A program made the position numbers and the translations under genes. A stretch of DNA of 64,000 nucleotides, taken from positions 2,208,001 to 2,272,000 of the forward strand of contig CAWAIF010000003.1 of NCBI GenBank assembly GCA_963782055.1. The letters are read 5' to 3'. Origin of the DNA: an uncultured delta proteobacterium (GTDB lineage: Bacteria; Myxococcota_A; Polyangia; Polyangiales; Polyangiaceae). The notes under the pieces were generated by a model. That model had not been told where the DNA came from. It was given only the letters and a program-made list of their open reading frames with translations, and searched no databases. Positions 54,046 to 64,000 of the stretch are shown here, piece by piece. Each line of letters opens with the position of its first letter. The stretch's first letter is position 1.

Positions 54046-54413
54046 CACTTCTGGATGGCCGTGCATCCTGGATATCTCACGTCGCCGTACGCGCAAACCT
54101 CGGTACTACAGCAACCCCAGGCGTGGACCCCAAATTGGCCGTAAAGACACTGATACGGCGACGGACAGTAGATGGTGCTCTTGAGTGGAGTGGCGCCAGT
54201 CACTTCTCCAGCGTCGTCGCACCCGTCGACCAGGCCACGAGTCACGTCACACCAGTCCAGGACCGGATCCGCATCCGCCCCGGCGCCGGCGTCGGCCGGA
54301 CCGCCGTCGGGGAGCGTCCCACCGGCGGCGTCCGCGTCGCCCACGTCGGTCCGCCCGCCGCAGCCGGATACCCAGACCGCGAGCACGACGGACAATGCAC
54401 GCGTCAGGGACAC
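54045..54413 (-). CDS. Small Cys-rich lipoprotein A
   Basis: Leader ending VSGC; overlaps the S53 stop codon. Confidence 0.7.
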   Translation of the reverse strand: MSLTRALSVVLAVWVSGCGGRTDVGDADAAGGTLPDGGPADAGAGADADPVLDWCDVTRGLVDGCDDAGEVTGATPLKSTIYCPSPYQCLYGQFGVHAWGCCSTEVCAYGDVRYPGCTAIQK

Positions 54414-57400
54414 CCATCACCTCGTTGCAGCGAGACGACCTCATTGCTGGCGTTGAGCACGCGCGCCGTGGCGGAGCGGAATAGGCACGTGTCATCCCCT
54501 CCGTCCGCAGCACGGCGCCCGAAGATCTCGATGCCGCTGATGTGCCACTCGTCGTTGCCTTCGTTGGACAGCTTCAGGTCGAAGTGGTCGATGTTCGCCG
54601 CGACGGGCTGCGTCTTCGTCAGAGAAATCGCTTTGCCGTGTTCGGTGTTGTTGTCGAACTTCGGGTTGCCCCCGTTGTGAATCGTAAGCGTATCGAGTGG
54701 ATTGGGGTTCCCGGGTGTCAGCACGTCCATCACGACTGAATCCCCGGCCCTCAGATCGTCATCCGACGTGTCGATCACCGCCTCGACCGTGTCGAACGGC
54801 TGCGCCGGCACACCCGGCGTGAAGGCCGGGCACCCACTGTCAGTGGGGTCGTTGTTGAAGACCGCCGTCGGTCCCTGGCCTGCCCCGCACGTGCAGCCGA
54901 TGTTGCATGAGGAGCAACCGTCGTTCTCGCTCAGACGCGCCACGCCGGTGTCGGCGGTGTTGCCTAGCTTGCCGCCTGGGTCGCAGCTCGGCTGGGTGGA
55001 CGTGCAGCCGTCGTTGCCGCTCCAGTCGGTGAGGCAGCCCCAGGGCACCTGGGCGCTGGAGGTCCCGAGCCGGACCTGGATCCCGCCGATGTCCCAGTTG
55101 TCGGCGGAGACCCCGCCCTGCCCGTTCTCCAGCAGGTCCACCTCCACCGATGCGACGTCCTGCGGGCGCAGCGGCGGCGAGAGCGTGAACGGCGGCAGAT
55201 CGTGAGTAGTCCCGTCGCCCCACCCCTTCTCGCCCCCCGCCTTGAGCGTGAAGGTCTGCGTCGTGCTGTCGGTCACGTGCAGCTTCAGCACGACGCCGCT
55301 CGCGTCGTTGAGTCCGTCCATCCCCGACTCGACGTGGACGAAGAGCTGGGGGTACGGCGTCCCGAAGCGCGGGATGATGTTGACCATGGAGCACCGCGGC
55401 GTGCCCAGGCCGGTGACGAGATCGTAGCCGGAGACCGCGTTGTAGCCATCGCCGCAGGTGTTGGTGTTGGCGCCGGAGACGATGTCGTTGAACACCGGCA
55501 GCGGCGCGATCCGGTAGAGGAGGGGACTGGCGAAGCCCACCGGCCCCACCCCGAACGCCGCGTTGGCCTGGTTGACGACGGCCATGAAGCCCGCCCAGAG
55601 GGGCGACGAGACGCTGGTCCCGTTGACCGTTCCCGAGGTGTTGCCGAACGGCTTCGAGAACACGGCGAACACGTTGTCTCCCACCATCGCCACGTCGGGG
55701 TTGTTGCGGTTCGTCGCCGAGGCGCCGTTCAGGGCGCTGGCGAGGCCGATCTGGTACGGAGGTATGGGCTGGGAGGTGATGATGCCGCCCCCGCTGCCCG
55801 CGTTTCCGGACTCACTCTGGTACGCGACACCGTTTCCGAACATGCTCAGGGTCGTCCACCCCACGGTCGTCAGCGGGCCGGGGGCGCCGCGGATGTCGGT
55901 CGGGGGCGCTTCCGCCGTGGGCTTGCTTGCGGAGTTCAGCGGACACTGCGTCTGCACGTTCTTCGTCAGCTCGTACTTGCCCTTGTCACCTGACGCCTGG
56001 AAGAACGACTGCCCCTGGACGGCGAACTCCGCCCAGAGATTGAGCGTCCCAGTACCCGTCCGCACCCCCCAGGAGGAGCTGATCTGCCCCGGCAGCCCGA
56101 AACGCGAGGGTCCCTGACCACACGACGATGCACCAGGCTGCGCCATCGCGGCGAAGGCGGAGTCCACCGTGGGCCCGCGGTAGATGACCACCTGCGCCCC
56201 CGGTGCCATGGCCAGGGCGACCTCCGGGTCCAGCGACTGCTCTACGGTCGAGCAGTTCTTCAGGCCCGAGCACGTGGCCCCGCTCGCGCCGCAGAGCACG
56301 ACGCGCTGAACGGGAGGGGAGCTGGTCAACCCCGTGAGGTTCTGGTAGCTGGCGACATCGCCGAGGTTGACGCTGAAGCCACCGGCCTCGAAGATCCCGA
56401 TGGTCTGGCCCTCGCCCCGGAGGGTCGGGCTGCACGACAGGTACGCGTTGCGGACGTCGAAGGAGGCGTACGAGCCGCCGGGCACCGAGCCTCCGGCGGG
56501 CTCGCTGACGAAGAAGTCGTCGATGCCCTGGATGCTCAGGATCGAGACGCTGCTGTCGATCGACGGCTGGCGGTCCGGCTCGTAGAACTGCGTCCCGTCC
56601 GACCGCACACCCATGATGAGGTTGACGTAGAACGCCTGCTCAATCTCTGCCGCCGTGCCCACGACGAGCAGCACGATGCGGTCGGTGAACGTCTGCGTCG
56701 TCAGACCGCGCGTGGTCCCCCAGCCGTCGAGCGCCTGGTAGTCCGCCGGCGAGGCGCCGAACAGGGCGGCGAACTGGGACGTGGTGAGGTACTTGCGGTA
56801 GTCCGCGCTCGACGGATCGGAGACGTTCTTCTGGAGCGCGGCGAGATCGCGCGCGTTACGGATGGGCAGGTCCAGCGAGACGGCGACCTGGGCGCTCGGA
56901 TCGACGGGCGCGGCGACCGGGAGGGCGATGCCGTCGTTGGTGTACGGGAGAGCCTGCAGGCCTGGAGCCGAAGGCGCGAGCCCATCCTGGAACTCGAACG
57001 TCGAGCGCGCCCCGACCTGGATGGCGAAGGCGGCGAAGGCGCCGGTCGCCTGGACATGATCGGCGAAGGACAGCGTGCCGTGGGGCGCGTCCACGAGCGC
57101 CCTGATGGTGTCGCGTGAGCCGAAGGACATGACGGGGGTCGAGCCGAGGTCGTTGCCGAACGCGGTGATGCGCACGGCGCTCGCCTGTCCGCTGGCTGGC
57201 GGACCGATAATCGTGCTGGGCCCGGCGGAGGTGGCCCCGGCGATCCGGATCGTCACGCCCGCCACCGCGGCCTGGACGACGACATGATCGGCGAGCGTCA
57301 CGCTCGTGAACGAGTAGGTACCGCTCTGCAGATCGAGGTGTGCGTGGCTGCCGGCGGTGAGCGTACTGTAACTGCCTGGAGCGAGAACGAGGCTCGTCTT

Positions 57401-57860
57401 CGCCGGCACGTTCACCGCGACGCCGACCGCCCCCGTCCCCGCCAGCGCCAGGGGCGGCGTCGCCGACGGGTACGGCGACTGCGCGCCGAGGCTCTTCGCG
57501 CCGAGGTCGGTGAGCTGGTTCGTCTCGACGTCTCCGACCGAGGAGCCCTTCCCGAGGGAGATGGACGGCGCGACGAGAAGGTGCGCCGCGTCCATCGAGA
57601 CCTGCTTGTCGAGGGTGAGCTGAGTGCCGGAGCCTGCGGGAGCCACCGACGCAACGCCGACGTCTCCGCCCAGGATGGTCGTCTTCTTCGCGATGGCGAC
57701 GCTCTGCTGGCCGTACAGGACGAAGTCACCGAGCTGCGGCAGCACGTTGAGCTTCTGCGAAGACGTCCCGGTGCCGACGTCCGTCGCGCAGGCTCCGAGC
57801 AGCGCGAAGACTACCAGCGCGAGGCGAGGCGAGGCGAGGCGAGGCGAGGCGAGGCGACAT
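54404..57860 (-). CDS. S53 (sedolisin/kumamolisin-like) protease lipoprotein; frameshifted at a 5' repeat as assembled
   Basis: Pro-domain, EQSLD, ASGD, GTSVSSP, GYDLVTGLGTP; signal LALVVFALLGAC lies in the main frame but the ATG at 57860 does not. Confidence 0.85.
57821..57855 (-). repeat. (GCCTC)7 pentanucleotide repeat directly after the ATG; out of frame
   Basis: (GAGGC)7 on the + strand, counted directly. Confidence 0.95.
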
Positions 57861-58369
57861 CACGATCCCCCCTTCTGATCGCGGGGACCGATTTCCGCCG
57901 CTGATTGCCAAGCTACCAGCTGCGATCTGCAGGACAAGTGACAAGTTCGTCGCAGCCCGAGATCGGTGGGATACCCGCTCACCCAAGTTCCTCTCGCGCA
58001 CGGGCCCGCGCCTCTCGCCTCCGCGCCCCCCCGCCCCTCTCGCCGCGCTCGCGCTCTCGCTCGCGGCCGACGACGCCCGGCGGCGGCGGCACCGATTGCT
58101 GCGAAGCGCCGCCCCCTTCTCCTTCCCCCTCACCGGGGTGAGAGCAAGCGCGGGCGCGGGCGCGAGCGCGAGTGGGGGCGCGGGGCGGGACGTCGCTGAC
58201 AGGTGTGGGGAAGGGCATCGCTCGGGGTGGGTCATCGTCCCGCCGTGCTCGGAGTCCGCAAGGCCGGGGCCGTCCTCGCTTCGCTCGCAGCCTTGTCGAC
58301 TCCTGCGCGCGGCGGGCTTGGACATGCGCCCCCGCGCAGGGTGCGCGGGCGCATGCAAGGAGTCGGACG

Positions 58370-58693
58370 ATGTTGCGAATCTATCCTGTGCTGCTGGAGC
58401 TCGTGCGGGCGCTGGCACCTCTGGTGCGAGAGCTGGAGCGGCATGATCCGGATCTCGCGCGGCAGTGCCGGCGCGCGCTGGCCAGCGCGCCGCTCAACGT
58501 GGCCGAGGGGATGTACTCGCAGGGGCGAAACCGGAGGGCGCGCTACCACGACGCCCTCGGCTCGCTCCGCGAGGTGCTGGCTTGCTTCGAGGTGGCCACC
58601 GCGCTCGGCTACTTGCCGGAGCTCGAGGACGGACTGCGCGATCGCGTGGATCACGTGCTCGGCACGCTGGTGCGCCTCGTCGGGGCGCGCTGA
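58370..58693 (+). CDS. Four-helix-bundle protein (23S rRNA IVS-protein/Avd-like family), intact
   Basis: [29 protein letters not shown] motifs. Confidence 0.85.
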   Translation: MLRIYPVLLELVRALAPLVRELERHDPDLARQCRRALASAPLNVAEGMYSQGRNRRARYHDALGSLREVLACFEVATALGYLPELEDGLRDRVDHVLGTLVRLVGAR

Positions 58694-58754
58694 GGCGCAC
58701 CATCGGCAACGTTGCTGACGAATGGAACCACCGTAGTTGGCAGCTCTCTACCGC

Positions 58755-59019
58755 CGCGGCGGTCCACCGCGACCGTGGCGGCGACCGGCTCGAGCGAGTC
58801 GATGGGCGGTCGCTCCAGGCGCTCCAGGAACTGCCGCGCGTACGGGGAGAAGCTCTCGACGAAGCGCCGCTGCCCCTCGGCGTAGAGCGTGTCCATCGCG
58901 AGCGAGGACTTGCCCGCGCCGCTCGGCCCGGTGACGGCCACGAGCACGCCGGCCCGGAGGTCCAGGTCGACGGAGCGGAGGTTGTGGGTGCGGGCGCCGC
59001 GCAGGCGGATGGGGTGCAT
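58755..59019 (-). pseudogene. uvrA: uvrA 5' fragment copy (about 88 codons)
   Basis: Near-identical to the uvrA start; similarity ends after VAVDRR. Confidence 0.93.
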
Positions 59020-59434
59020 CGGGGAGGGGGGCAGGCAGTATGCGCATCCGGGGGGCGGATGGCGAGGGGGGGGTGGCCCCTCCGGGCGCCATGCTCGGGC
59101 TCGTGCTCGCCCGCGCGCGTGCCGACGCGGGGGGCGATGTGCACGGGCGTCGGCACGCACGCGGGCTTGCGCGCGAGCCCTGCGCGTGGCGCCCCTCCCC
59201 TCGATGTCGCGCTTCCGCGTGCCATCGGGGAGGCTGATCGGCTGCACGGGGCGGACCTCGGCGCGGGAACTGAGTGGGCGGGGCCCTCCTCCGATTTCGT
59301 CGAGCGCGTGTGGGCGTCGCGAGGGGGCTTCGTGCGGTGCCACGCCGGGCGGGCGGAAGGATCGCGCCAGCCTTCCTGGTGCGCGTGCGGGATGCGTCAC
59401 TGCGGCTGTCACGCTCCTTCCGCCATGGGAGGGC

Positions 59435-59803
59435 ATGGCACCGCACGAAGCCCCCTCGCTCTTTCTCCTTCACACGTACGCGCGTTCGATGCGCACGGGA
59501 CCCACGCGGTCGGAGGCGATCATGTGGCGGGCGCTGCGGGGGCGGCGGGTTTGTGGGGTGAAGTTCCGGCGGCAGCACCTGCTCGCGGGGAACTACATCG
59601 TGGACTTCGTGGCGCTGAGCGAGCGGCTGATCGTGGAGGTGGACGGCGGGGTGCACCGGGAGCCGGAGCGGGCGGCGGCGGATGCGGCGCGGCAGCGGGT
59701 GCTGGAGCGGCTCGGGTACCGGGTGCTGCGGGTGGCGGCGGAGCTCGTCGAGCGGGATGTGGGCGCCGCGCTCGCCCGGGTGCGCGCGGCGCTGGGGCGG
59801 TGA
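59435..59803 (+). CDS. DUF559 endonuclease-domain protein, second copy
   Basis: Near-identical to 52030-52398. Confidence 0.88.
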   Translation: MAPHEAPSLFLLHTYARSMRTGPTRSEAIMWRALRGRRVCGVKFRRQHLLAGNYIVDFVALSERLIVEVDGGVHREPERAAADAARQRVLERLGYRVLRVAAELVERDVGAALARVRAALGR

Positions 59804-59904
59804 GCCGGGCGGCGGACCTCGTGGACAGGCCCGCCGATATTGGCGGCGTGAGCCGCCGATATTGGCGAGGGGAGGTGACGGGGGACCGCTGCCGCGGGCC
59901 TCGC

Positions 59905-60292
59905 ACTTTCGCGGTGGACGTGCAGAGGTGCCCGGAGTGCGAGGGCCGCATGAAGCTCGTCGCCCTGGTGCAGGAGCCGCGGGGGATCCGGAGGTTCCTC
60001 GAGGGGCTCGGCGCGCCGCACGAGGTCCCGCCGCGCGCGCCCGCCCGCGCTCCTCCCTGCTACCGCAGCGCCGTCATCCGCCGCATCGCCGGCGCCCTCG
60101 TCGCCGCCTGACGCTCGCACCTCGCACCGGGCACGGAGCGGTGCGCGCGCGAGGCGAAGATCAGCCGGCGAGTGGCGCCATCGAGGCCGCGAGGGCCACG
60201 ACGGGGACGTCCGGGCGCAGCACCATCACGCCGCCTGGGGCGCGCGCGAAGCGGCGCGGTCGTGGGAAACCGCGCTCGAATCCCGTACGCTC
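59905..60292 (+). mobile_element. IS91/ISCR-like 3' remnant, second copy
   Basis: Same transposase C-terminus; GGGAAACCGCGCTCGAATCCCGTACGC at 60264-60290. Confidence 0.7.
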
Positions 60293-60518
60293 CACCCCCG
60301 TGCAGACGCGATGATGTCCCATCGCGCCCGTGCAGCCGGGAGACTGAGCGCCGGGAGTTTCCGTCGGTGTAGAGCACTTGCCGGTAGAGCGACTCCACGC
60401 GGCATACATCCGCGCCTCACATGCGACCGAACTGGTGGTCTGCAGGCGATCAGGCGCCCGGCGGGCGGACTCGCGTCGTACTCTTGATGGAGGTCGGCTC
60501 GGGTGCAGGGAGGGTGGC

Positions 60519-63063
60519 ATGAAGATCGTGCAGGCAGGCAGGCAGGCAGAGCCATGATGTTCCGAGCCCGCTCGCGTACGTCGCGGTAGTGCTGCTGGCG
60601 ATCATGGCGACCCTGGCGTACGGTGGATGCACCGACCCGCCCGGCGCCGGGCAGCTCGTGCTCGACATCGACCGGCTGGCGCTTCGCCCGGGCGTGACGC
60701 AGATCTCCTTCACGGCGAGCAAGCTGCTCCTCCTTTACGGGCAGCCTCCGGCTCCCCCGGCGCACAAGGACGTCGACTGCGCCTCCGGCCAGTCCGTCAC
60801 CTTCGATCCCGCCGCCGTCACGGTGGACCTGACGCGGACCGGGCGGAGCTACGTCGCCACCGTCAACGCGCCGCAGGGAAACCTGCGCGAGGTCTGGCTC
60901 GTCGTCTCCGATGGCACCGTCACCGAGAATGGCCTCGTGAGGCCGCTCCACACCAGCCTCAACTGCGCGTCGGGCGAGAGCGGGGTCATCCGGCTCACCT
61001 CCGTGGACCCGAACGGTGTCCAGATCCACGGCGGCGACGCCACCGAGATCGCCGCGCAGCTCGACCCGAACACCGACATCGACCACAAGGATCCCGACAA
61101 CGGGGGCGGCAACGGAAACGGCAAGGGCGGCAATCCGGACGCCAACGGCGATCTGCACGGCGGGAAGTGGTCGATCGCCGCGTCGCTGCCCTTCGTGCTG
61201 GTGACGATGCCGGAAGGCATCGTCGACGGGCAGATCATCGTTCGCTTCAAGGACGGTACGAGCGCGGGCGACATCCAGACCGCCATCGCGGCGCAGTCCA
61301 TGACGGTGCTGCGGGCGTGGGCGCCCACGAACTACTACGTGCTTCAGGCGCCGAACGGCGCGGACGAGCGGCCGATCCTGCAGTACTACGCCGGCCTGGG
61401 GAGCGTGCAGTACACCTCGCCCAACACGTACGTGGGCACCGCGGGGAACGGGGACTTCGACCCGGCGTTCTCCGGTCAGTCGCAGTGGCCGCAGGTCGGC
61501 TTGAACGAGCTCTGCGTCAACGGCACCAGCCCGAACTGCAAGGGCGTCGTCGATCCGGCTTCCGGCTGGGCTGTCACCACCGGCTCCGACAGGAGCGTCG
61601 TCGCCGTCGTCGACGATGGCTTCGATCTCACCAACCCCGACGTCTACCCCAACCTCTTCATCAATACCGACGAGGTGCCGCAGGAGATCGTCGACCGGGT
61701 CGGCGACGTGAACCACGACAACGTCGTCGACTGGCACGACCTGGACGCCGACGCCGACGGCGTTCTGACGTTCGCCGACCTGGATGCCACGAACGAGTTC
61801 TGCGCAGGCACGCACGTCGTCAACGGCAAGTTCGTCGCGAACTGCAACGTGCTGGGCCCCAACCTGGTGTGCTCGACGACGCCGTGCACCCCTCTCGCGC
61901 TGGTGACCGGCGCGGGAAGACCCGACCCGAACCGCAACACCTGCGGCGGCTCCCCGCAGAAGCTCAACGGCAGCTGGGAGGACGGCGTCGACGGGCACGG
62001 AGGCGCGACGTGCAACGGCTTCGTCAACGACGTGGTCGGGTGGAATTTCAACTGCAGCGAGAACGGAAACCATATCGTTGTCGACGGAGTGTCAGGTTGC
62101 AATCTCGCCGCTCCCAGCTTCGTGTGCCTGGCGTCCCCGTGTCCCTCCCAGAACATCACGCACGGTACCACCGTGGCGTCCATCATTGGGGCCGCGGGCG
62201 CCAACGGCGTTGGGGGCGCGGGAGTCGACTGGACGGTGAGGCTACTGCCCGTGCAGCTCCTTCGGCCCGCTGCGAACGTGGGGCCTCAGGGAGCGGCGCG
62301 GGGCCTACGTGATTCCGTCTACGCAGCCGCGCTCTACGCCGGGGACGTCATGGGCGCGGATGTCGTCAACCTCAGTCTCCAGAGCTACGGTGCTCTGGAG
62401 GGAGGGTTCGGCGTCGGTTCGCTCCTCGGCCCCGCCGGATGCCCTGGCGCGCCTCCCCCGGTCATATTCCCGAAGGCCAAGCAGCAACTCTTTCAGGACT
62501 TTGCCGAGGAGATCGAGGGGGAGCTCTCGGACCTGCAGACGCTCTTGCAGGCCCGCGGCACGCTCGCGGTCGTGGCCGCAGGCAACTGCCAGGCCGACCT
62601 CGACGCCGGCTCCGTGGTGGTCGACTACCCGGGGTCGATGGTCGGTGACAACGTCCTCACCGTGGCGTCGGTCAATCCCTCCGACCATCTCTCCTCGTTC
62701 TCCAACTACGGAACGAGCACGATCGACCTCGCGGCGCCGGGCGAGTCGTTCGAGGTCTCCACCGTCGACGAGGCAGGGCAATACGCAGGGGTGACCTCGG
62801 ACGTCTCGGTCTGTGGCACGGGAGGCCAGGCGTGCCGCGGGACGTCCTTCTCGGCGCCGATGGTCGCGGGCGCCGCGGCGCTCGTGCTGACCGCAGCCAA
62901 CGGGTCGCTCGACGGCGAGGCCTGTCGGATCGCGGACCGGATCCTGCGAAACGCGGACACGCCGGCCACCGGTCTCGCGAGCGGCGTGCATGGCGGTCGA
63001 CGCCTGAATGTGAAGAATGCGCTCCTCGACAGCGTGGCGGATCCCGTCCGGTCGTGTCCATGA
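60519..63063 (+). CDS. S8 subtilisin-like protease lipoprotein; frameshifted at a 5' repeat as assembled
   Basis: VVDDG / HGTTVAS / AAGN / GTSFSAP; ATG at 60519 with RBS stops after 12 codons, while the signal ...LAYGGC is in another frame. Confidence 0.85.
60530..60549 (+). repeat. (GCAG)5 tetranucleotide repeat after the ATG; out of frame
   Basis: Counted directly: 20 nt. Confidence 0.92.
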
Positions 63064-63683
63064 AGCGCGCTCGTCTGGTCGCAGCGCTCGCCGGTTCGTG
63101 TCTCACATTGCTGCTCGCGTGCGAAGCCGGACCCCATCTCACCTTCGATCTGGCGCTGGTCAACTGCTACGACCCGGCGTGGAGGTCTGCGGCCAACACG
63201 CCACAGAAGATCGACGCGGCCCTGACGATCGGGAATCTCGGGACGTCTTCCGTCGACTATCAGCTCCCCTACTACACTACCTTCGGGTTCGAGGTGACCA
63301 ACGAGGCGGGAGAGGTCGTGAACGAGCAGTCCGCATCCGACGCCGCCCCGGGGCTCGCGTGCATGGGGCCACCGTGCACAGCGCAGAACCTCACGATACC
63401 CGGCGAGTCGTCCGCGGGCGTCGAGATCCTGGATCTGCCATGGTACTTCAATGCCCCCGTCGACCCGAAGGACCTCGGGAACGCGGACGCGCCGACCCAG
63501 TTCGTGCCGCCCGGCGTGTACCACGTCTCCGTGCTGCTCCTGAACGGCGACCGGACGAACGCCGCGACGGTCACCGTGTGCCCGTTCAGCGACGGGAAGG
63601 AGGGCCGCTACGGCGTGTGCAACGCGCCGTGCGCCTCCTACGCGAAGGTCTGCGGGGCCTCGCTCACCTGCGGGGCGTACTGA
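63060..63683 (+). CDS. Lipoprotein of unknown function
   Basis: MKRARLVAALAGSCLTLLLAC leader; ATGA overlap with the S8 gene. Confidence 0.7.
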   Translation: MKRARLVAALAGSCLTLLLACEAGPHLTFDLALVNCYDPAWRSAANTPQKIDAALTIGNLGTSSVDYQLPYYTTFGFEVTNEAGEVVNEQSASDAAPGLACMGPPCTAQNLTIPGESSAGVEILDLPWYFNAPVDPKDLGNADAPTQFVPPGVYHVSVLLLNGDRTNAATVTVCPFSDGKEGRYGVCNAPCASYAKVCGASLTCGAY

Positions 63684-63689
63684 GAAGCC

Positions 63690-64000
63690 GCCGAGGAGCG
63701 GCCCGACGACGAGGACGTGCAGCCGATGCTCGCCAGCGTGCGCGGCCACCCGCCCGCCGGCCCCGCGCTCCGCCGCGGCGCGACCTTCGGCGCGGGCTCC
63801 GGCCGCACCGACCTCTGCGCCCAGGACGAGGGCTTCAACCTGCACGCCGCCACCCGCGCCGGCGCCCTCGACGCCGCCGGGCGCGAGGCGCTCCTGCGCT
63901 ACATCCTGCGCCCGCCCGTCGCCCAGGAGCGCATCGCCCGAGGACCGGACAACCTGGTGCGCATCGCGCTCAAGAAGCCTTTCTCCGACGGCAGCCCCGT
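63690..64000 (+). pseudogene. IS91-family (Y2) transposase internal fragment, 5'-truncated, runs off the window
   Basis: GFNLHAA...REALLRYILRPPVAQERI...LKKPFSDG. Confidence 0.8.

Noticed and set aside
43486..58693. Diversity-generating retroelement (RT plus Avd-like four-helix-bundle gene plus diverged repeats)
   Set aside because: The RT has UG/Abi motifs, lies 13 kb from the four-helix-bundle gene, and the differences I inspected between duplicated segments are not adenine-specific

Overview
Very GC-rich bacterial DNA whose gene content (many Cys-rich lipoproteins, RCC1/TSP3 proteins, tandem-fused UvrA) looks myxobacterial; that assignment is inference. The left 16.6 kb is mostly core-like: Fpg/Nei glycosylase 3' end, aldehyde dehydrogenase, GLYK-type kinase, GMC oxidoreductase and a fused double UvrA. 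A trypsin/TSP3 protease-lipoprotein pair and decayed four-helix-bundle, GST and VOC genes are interspersed. From 16.6 kb on, the window is an accessory island built upstream of uvrA. It holds two extra truncated uvrA 5' copies, each joined to a DUF559 gene, an IS91/ISCR 3' remnant and an oriIS-like end, separated by cargoes of secreted proteases (trypsin, S53, S8) and lipoproteins. A 28-kb composite transposon (two 2,279-bp DDE IS copies, GCACTC target duplication) sits inside one uvrA fragment. It carries a teneurin-like YD/Rhs toxin with an orphan tip, an RCC1 lipoprotein, DUF2130, DUF4365, an IS21, a UG/Abi-class reverse transcriptase with a non-canonical HVDN active site, and a lone DrmD-like SNF2 helicase. 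The most striking signal is that three unrelated secreted protease lipoproteins each have a non-triplet simple-sequence repeat right after the start codon. One is in frame and two are out of frame, and two share the same portable leader, suggesting a phase-variable protease repertoire. No CRISPR array, rRNA or tRNA was seen.
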